A stretch of 17,757 nucleotides of DNA from Myxococcales bacterium (GTDB lineage: Bacteria; Myxococcota_A; Polyangia; Polyangiales; Polyangiaceae), in NCBI GenBank assembly GCA_043747615.1, contig JAYTOU010000059.1, forward strand, positions 1 to 17,757, written 5' to 3'. Under the pieces are notes generated by a model. That model was given only the letters and a program-made list of their open reading frames with translations. It was not told where the DNA came from and made no database searches. The translations under genes were made by a program, and so were the position numbers. Shown piece by piece: positions 15,006-17,757 of the stretch. Position 1 is the stretch's first letter; each line of letters starts with the position of its first letter.

Positions 15006-17615
15006 CTAGAGCGGGGAGATGAGGACTTCACGATCCTTGGCGCCATTTGAGGGACCCACAAGCCCCCTCCGCTCCATTGATTCGACGATTCGCGCTGCCC
15101 GGTTGTAGCCGAGCCCGAGCTTGCGCTGGAGCCACGACGTCGAGCAACGGCGGGTCTCCGCGACGATTCGCACGGCGTCGTCGTACATCGCGTCCGCTTC
15201 GGCATCGTCGGCGTCCTCTGTCGACGCGTCGTCGTCGCGCGGTTTGAGAATGTTCTCGTCGTAAACCGGCTCGCCCTGCAGGCGAAGAAAGTCCGTCACC
15301 TTCTGAACTTCTTCTTCGCTCACCCAGGGGCACTGCACGCGCTTCGTTTCGTTCGTGCCGTTGAGCTTGATGAGCATGTCGCCGCGGCCGAGGAGATGCT
15401 CCGCCCCCTGCTCGTCTAGGATGGTCCGCGAGTCGACTTTTTGGGCCACCCGAAATGCGATTCGCGTCGGGAAATTGGCCTTGATCATGCCGGTGATGAC
15501 GTCGACGCTCGGACGCTGCGTGGCTAGGATGACGTGCATGCCGGCGGCGCGAGCCTTCTGCGCGAGGCGGGCCACAGCGACTTCGACTTCCTTGCCCTGC
15601 TGCATCATCAAGTCCGCGAACTCGTCGACCACGATCACGATCGCCGGGAGCTTTTCCGGGAGCGGCTGGGTGCCCGCTTCGCCGTTGGTCGGGCGAATCT
15701 CTTCCGAGATGTTGTTGTGATCTTTCGCGATGACCACCTTCGGAAGAGGATTGCGCGTCTCGCCGCTGAGGACGCGATCGACCCACCCGTTGTACGTGCC
15801 GATGTTCTTTGTGCCGGCGTCGGCGAAGAGCTGGTAGCGCCGCTCCATTTCGTCGACCGCCCATTTCAAGGCATTTGCAGCCTGTTTCATGTCGGTGACC
15901 ACCGGCAAGAGCATGTGCGGAATGCGATCGAAGGGCGCAAGCTCGACGACTTTCGGATCGATCATCAGAAAGCGCAGCTCCTCTGGCGTCTTTCGATAAA
16001 GGAGCGAGGTCAGCATCACGTTGAGCCCCACGCTCTTTCCGGCGCCCGTCGCGCCGGCGACGATCACGTGAGGCATGCTCGCGAGATCGGCGTAAACGGG
16101 AGCTCCGAGAATGTCGCGACCGAGCACCACGGGAAGCGGCGCATCGAACGTCTGAAAGCGGCGATCCTCCACGAGGTCGCGAAGATTCACCGGCACGCGC
16201 CGCTCATTCGGCAATTCGAATCCAATGCGGTTTTTCCCAGGGATCGGCGCGACAATGCGCACTTTCCGAGCGAGCGCGAGGGCGAGATCGTCGGCGAGCG
16301 AGGCGACCTTCGAGACCTTCGTCCCCGCCGCCGGCGAGACTTCGAAGGTGGTCACCGTGGGGCCCGGAAGAATGTCCTCCACCTTTCCTGAAACGCCGTA
16401 GTCGCTCAGCGTCTTCACAAGGAGCTCCGCATTTTTAAGGAGCACCTCCTTGTCGATGGTGAGCGTGGGGTCGATCTTCGCCGCAATGAGAAATTCGACG
16501 GGAGGCAAGCGGAACGCCGCGCCGACAGCGGGCACGAGCTTGTCGCCTTTGCCGAGCTGCTCTTTTTCGAGGGTGTGAGAGAGCGTGTCTTGAATCACCG
16601 GCTGTACGGGCCCTTTCGGTGCTTTCGGTCGCAGCTTGCTCTTCACGTCGACCACGGCTTCGGGCTCGGTGACCGTCGACAACGCTTCGATGATCGGCTC
16701 GGCCTCCGCCGCGACCACGGGCGGGGACTCGTCCGGAAGGTCGACCTTCTTCTTCCGAGCGCGCTTCTTGGGAACGGGCTCCGTCTCGGCGAGAACGTCG
16801 GCGACGCTTAACGTTTCGCCGTCGTCGTCCTCGTCGTCGTCGGTAGGGAGGATGGCGATCGTTGCCTCTTTTTTTGGCGCAAGCTCGATGTGCGGCAGCT
16901 TCGCGATCCTGGCCGCTTCCAGCTTGTCGCGTTCGATGTCGCGCGCTGTCTTCCAGGCCTCGGCCACGCTCTTCGCTCCGGCGGCGGTACCGCGCGCGCC
17001 CTGTTCGCTGTAGCGGGCAAGGGTGCGCATGAGGGCGATGAACGAGAACGCCGCGCGGCTGATGAGGATGAGACCAAGGCAGGCGAAGCCGACGAGGAAG
17101 CTTCCGATCGTCGAGAAGAGCGAGCGCGAAAGCTCTCCGAAAAGCTCGCCGACAACACCGCTCGCGCGGTAGCTGCCGAAAGCAATTCGCGCAGGCCACG
17201 CCACCTGTACGAGGGCGGCGGCCGTGAGCACGATCAGGAGATCGCCGGCGAAGCGCGCGGGTGTTAGGAGGCTCTTTCGCCCGCGTACCAAGGGAATTCC
17301 GAGGAGCAGCGCTTCGAGCGGGAGGGCCCACCCGACGAGCCCAATGAGGCTCACGAGACCATGGGCGCAAGCGGAGCCGACGGGCCCGACCCAGTTCGCG
17401 CCGCGCTCGACCCCCGTCGCCGGATCGCCGTCGAAGGACGCGAGGGCCAGGGAGAGGAAGACCGCCACCGTCCAAAGGAGGAGCGCCGCGACTTCGCGAC
17501 CGCGTGGGTTTGCCGCAGCTCCCGCACCGAGAACGGAAGTTGAGCGCGTATTGAGCGGCATACCGCCGTCAGTCGCAAGGGAACGGCGCGGGGCAAACAG
17601 GGGGGGAAAGGTCAT
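15006..17615 (-). CDS. ftsK: DNA translocase FtsK
   Basis: N-terminal 4TM domain (NWVGPVG), charged linker, Walker A GATGAGKS, MIDPKVVEL, Walker B IVVDEFADLM, LATQRPSVDVITGMIKANFPTRI, and gamma domain STSWLQRKLGLGYNRAARI. Start may be 17615 or 17561. Confidence 0.98.
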   Translation of the reverse strand: MTFPPLFAPRRSLATDGGMPLNTRSTSVLGAGAAANPRGREVAALLLWTVAVFLSLALASFDGDPATGVERGANWVGPVGSACAHGLVSLIGLVGWALPLEALLLGIPLVRGRKSLLTPARFAGDLLIVLTAAALVQVAWPARIAFGSYRASGVVGELFGELSRSLFSTIGSFLVGFACLGLILISRAAFSFIALMRTLARYSEQGARGTAAGAKSVAEAWKTARDIERDKLEAARIAKLPHIELAPKKEATIAILPTDDDEDDDGETLSVADVLAETEPVPKKRARKKKVDLPDESPPVVAAEAEPIIEALSTVTEPEAVVDVKSKLRPKAPKGPVQPVIQDTLSHTLEKEQLGKGDKLVPAVGAAFRLPPVEFLIAAKIDPTLTIDKEVLLKNAELLVKTLSDYGVSGKVEDILPGPTVTTFEVSPAAGTKVSKVASLADDLALALARKVRIVAPIPGKNRIGFELPNERRVPVNLRDLVEDRRFQTFDAPLPVVLGRDILGAPVYADLASMPHVIVAGATGAGKSVGLNVMLTSLLYRKTPEELRFLMIDPKVVELAPFDRIPHMLLPVVTDMKQAANALKWAVDEMERRYQLFADAGTKNIGTYNGWVDRVLSGETRNPLPKVVIAKDHNNISEEIRPTNGEAGTQPLPEKLPAIVIVVDEFADLMMQQGKEVEVAVARLAQKARAAGMHVILATQRPSVDVITGMIKANFPTRIAFRVAQKVDSRTILDEQGAEHLLGRGDMLIKLNGTNETKRVQCPWVSEEEVQKVTDFLRLQGEPVYDENILKPRDDDASTEDADDAEADAMYDDAVRIVAETRRCSTSWLQRKLGLGYNRAARIVESMERRGLVGPSNGAKDREVLISPL

Positions 17616-17636
17616 GCCTACGTTATCCTACCCCGG

Positions 17637-17666
17637 AACCTACGGCGGCTCGCAAGAGAGGGACAA
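17637..17666 (-). promoter_or_regulatory. Possible ftsK promoter
   Basis: TTGTCC (17666-17661), 18-bp spacer, TAGGTT (17642-17637); a second -10-like TAGGAT at 17630-17625. Confidence 0.35.
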
Positions 17667-17757
17667 GTTTCGGCCAAAGCTCCAAACGCTTTGGGATCGC
17701 TGGTCGGTGTCGTAGCATCGCCGCTCCGCAACCTGCAGGTATGAGAGGCGATGAGGC

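Noticed and set aside
17700..17757. Possible start of a divergent plus-strand gene (ATG at 17741 or 17751)
   Set aside because: Too little sequence before the window edge to support a call.

Overview
GC-rich bacterial chromosomal window, almost certainly from a myxobacterium. The 16S V1 region (AACGTTAGCGGCGCGCTTAACAC...GAGAAAGGGCTTCGGCCCCGGTA) reads like Polyangiales/Sorangiineae; this is recall-based, not a database result. The left end holds the 5' ~390 nt of a 16S rRNA gene on the minus strand, its leader with a boxA-like element, and three tandem sigma70-type promoters. The most distal promoter is followed by a perfect DnaA box and a hairpin-U tract. Most protein genes are co-directional with the rRNA on the minus strand: ftsK, a 70-aa small protein, a PQQ-like beta-propeller, a protein with two degenerate cNMP-binding domains, a degenerate PilZ-like protein with a good sigma54 promoter, a coupled pair of cation:proton antiporters, pepA, ttcA, two membrane proteins, a parvulin-type lipoprotein and a roadblock/LC7 protein with an extra C-terminal domain. 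Two genes lie on the plus strand: a divergent cysteine synthase/CBS-family enzyme, preceded by a possible Cys-containing leader peptide, and a lipoprotein. No mobile element, CRISPR array, tRNA or defence island was seen, and the region looks like core genome. The best leads are the antiporter pair with complementary motif loss, the distal rrn promoter/terminator/DnaA-box unit, the leader peptide, and several signalling folds that have lost their ligand-binding residues. All are hypotheses.
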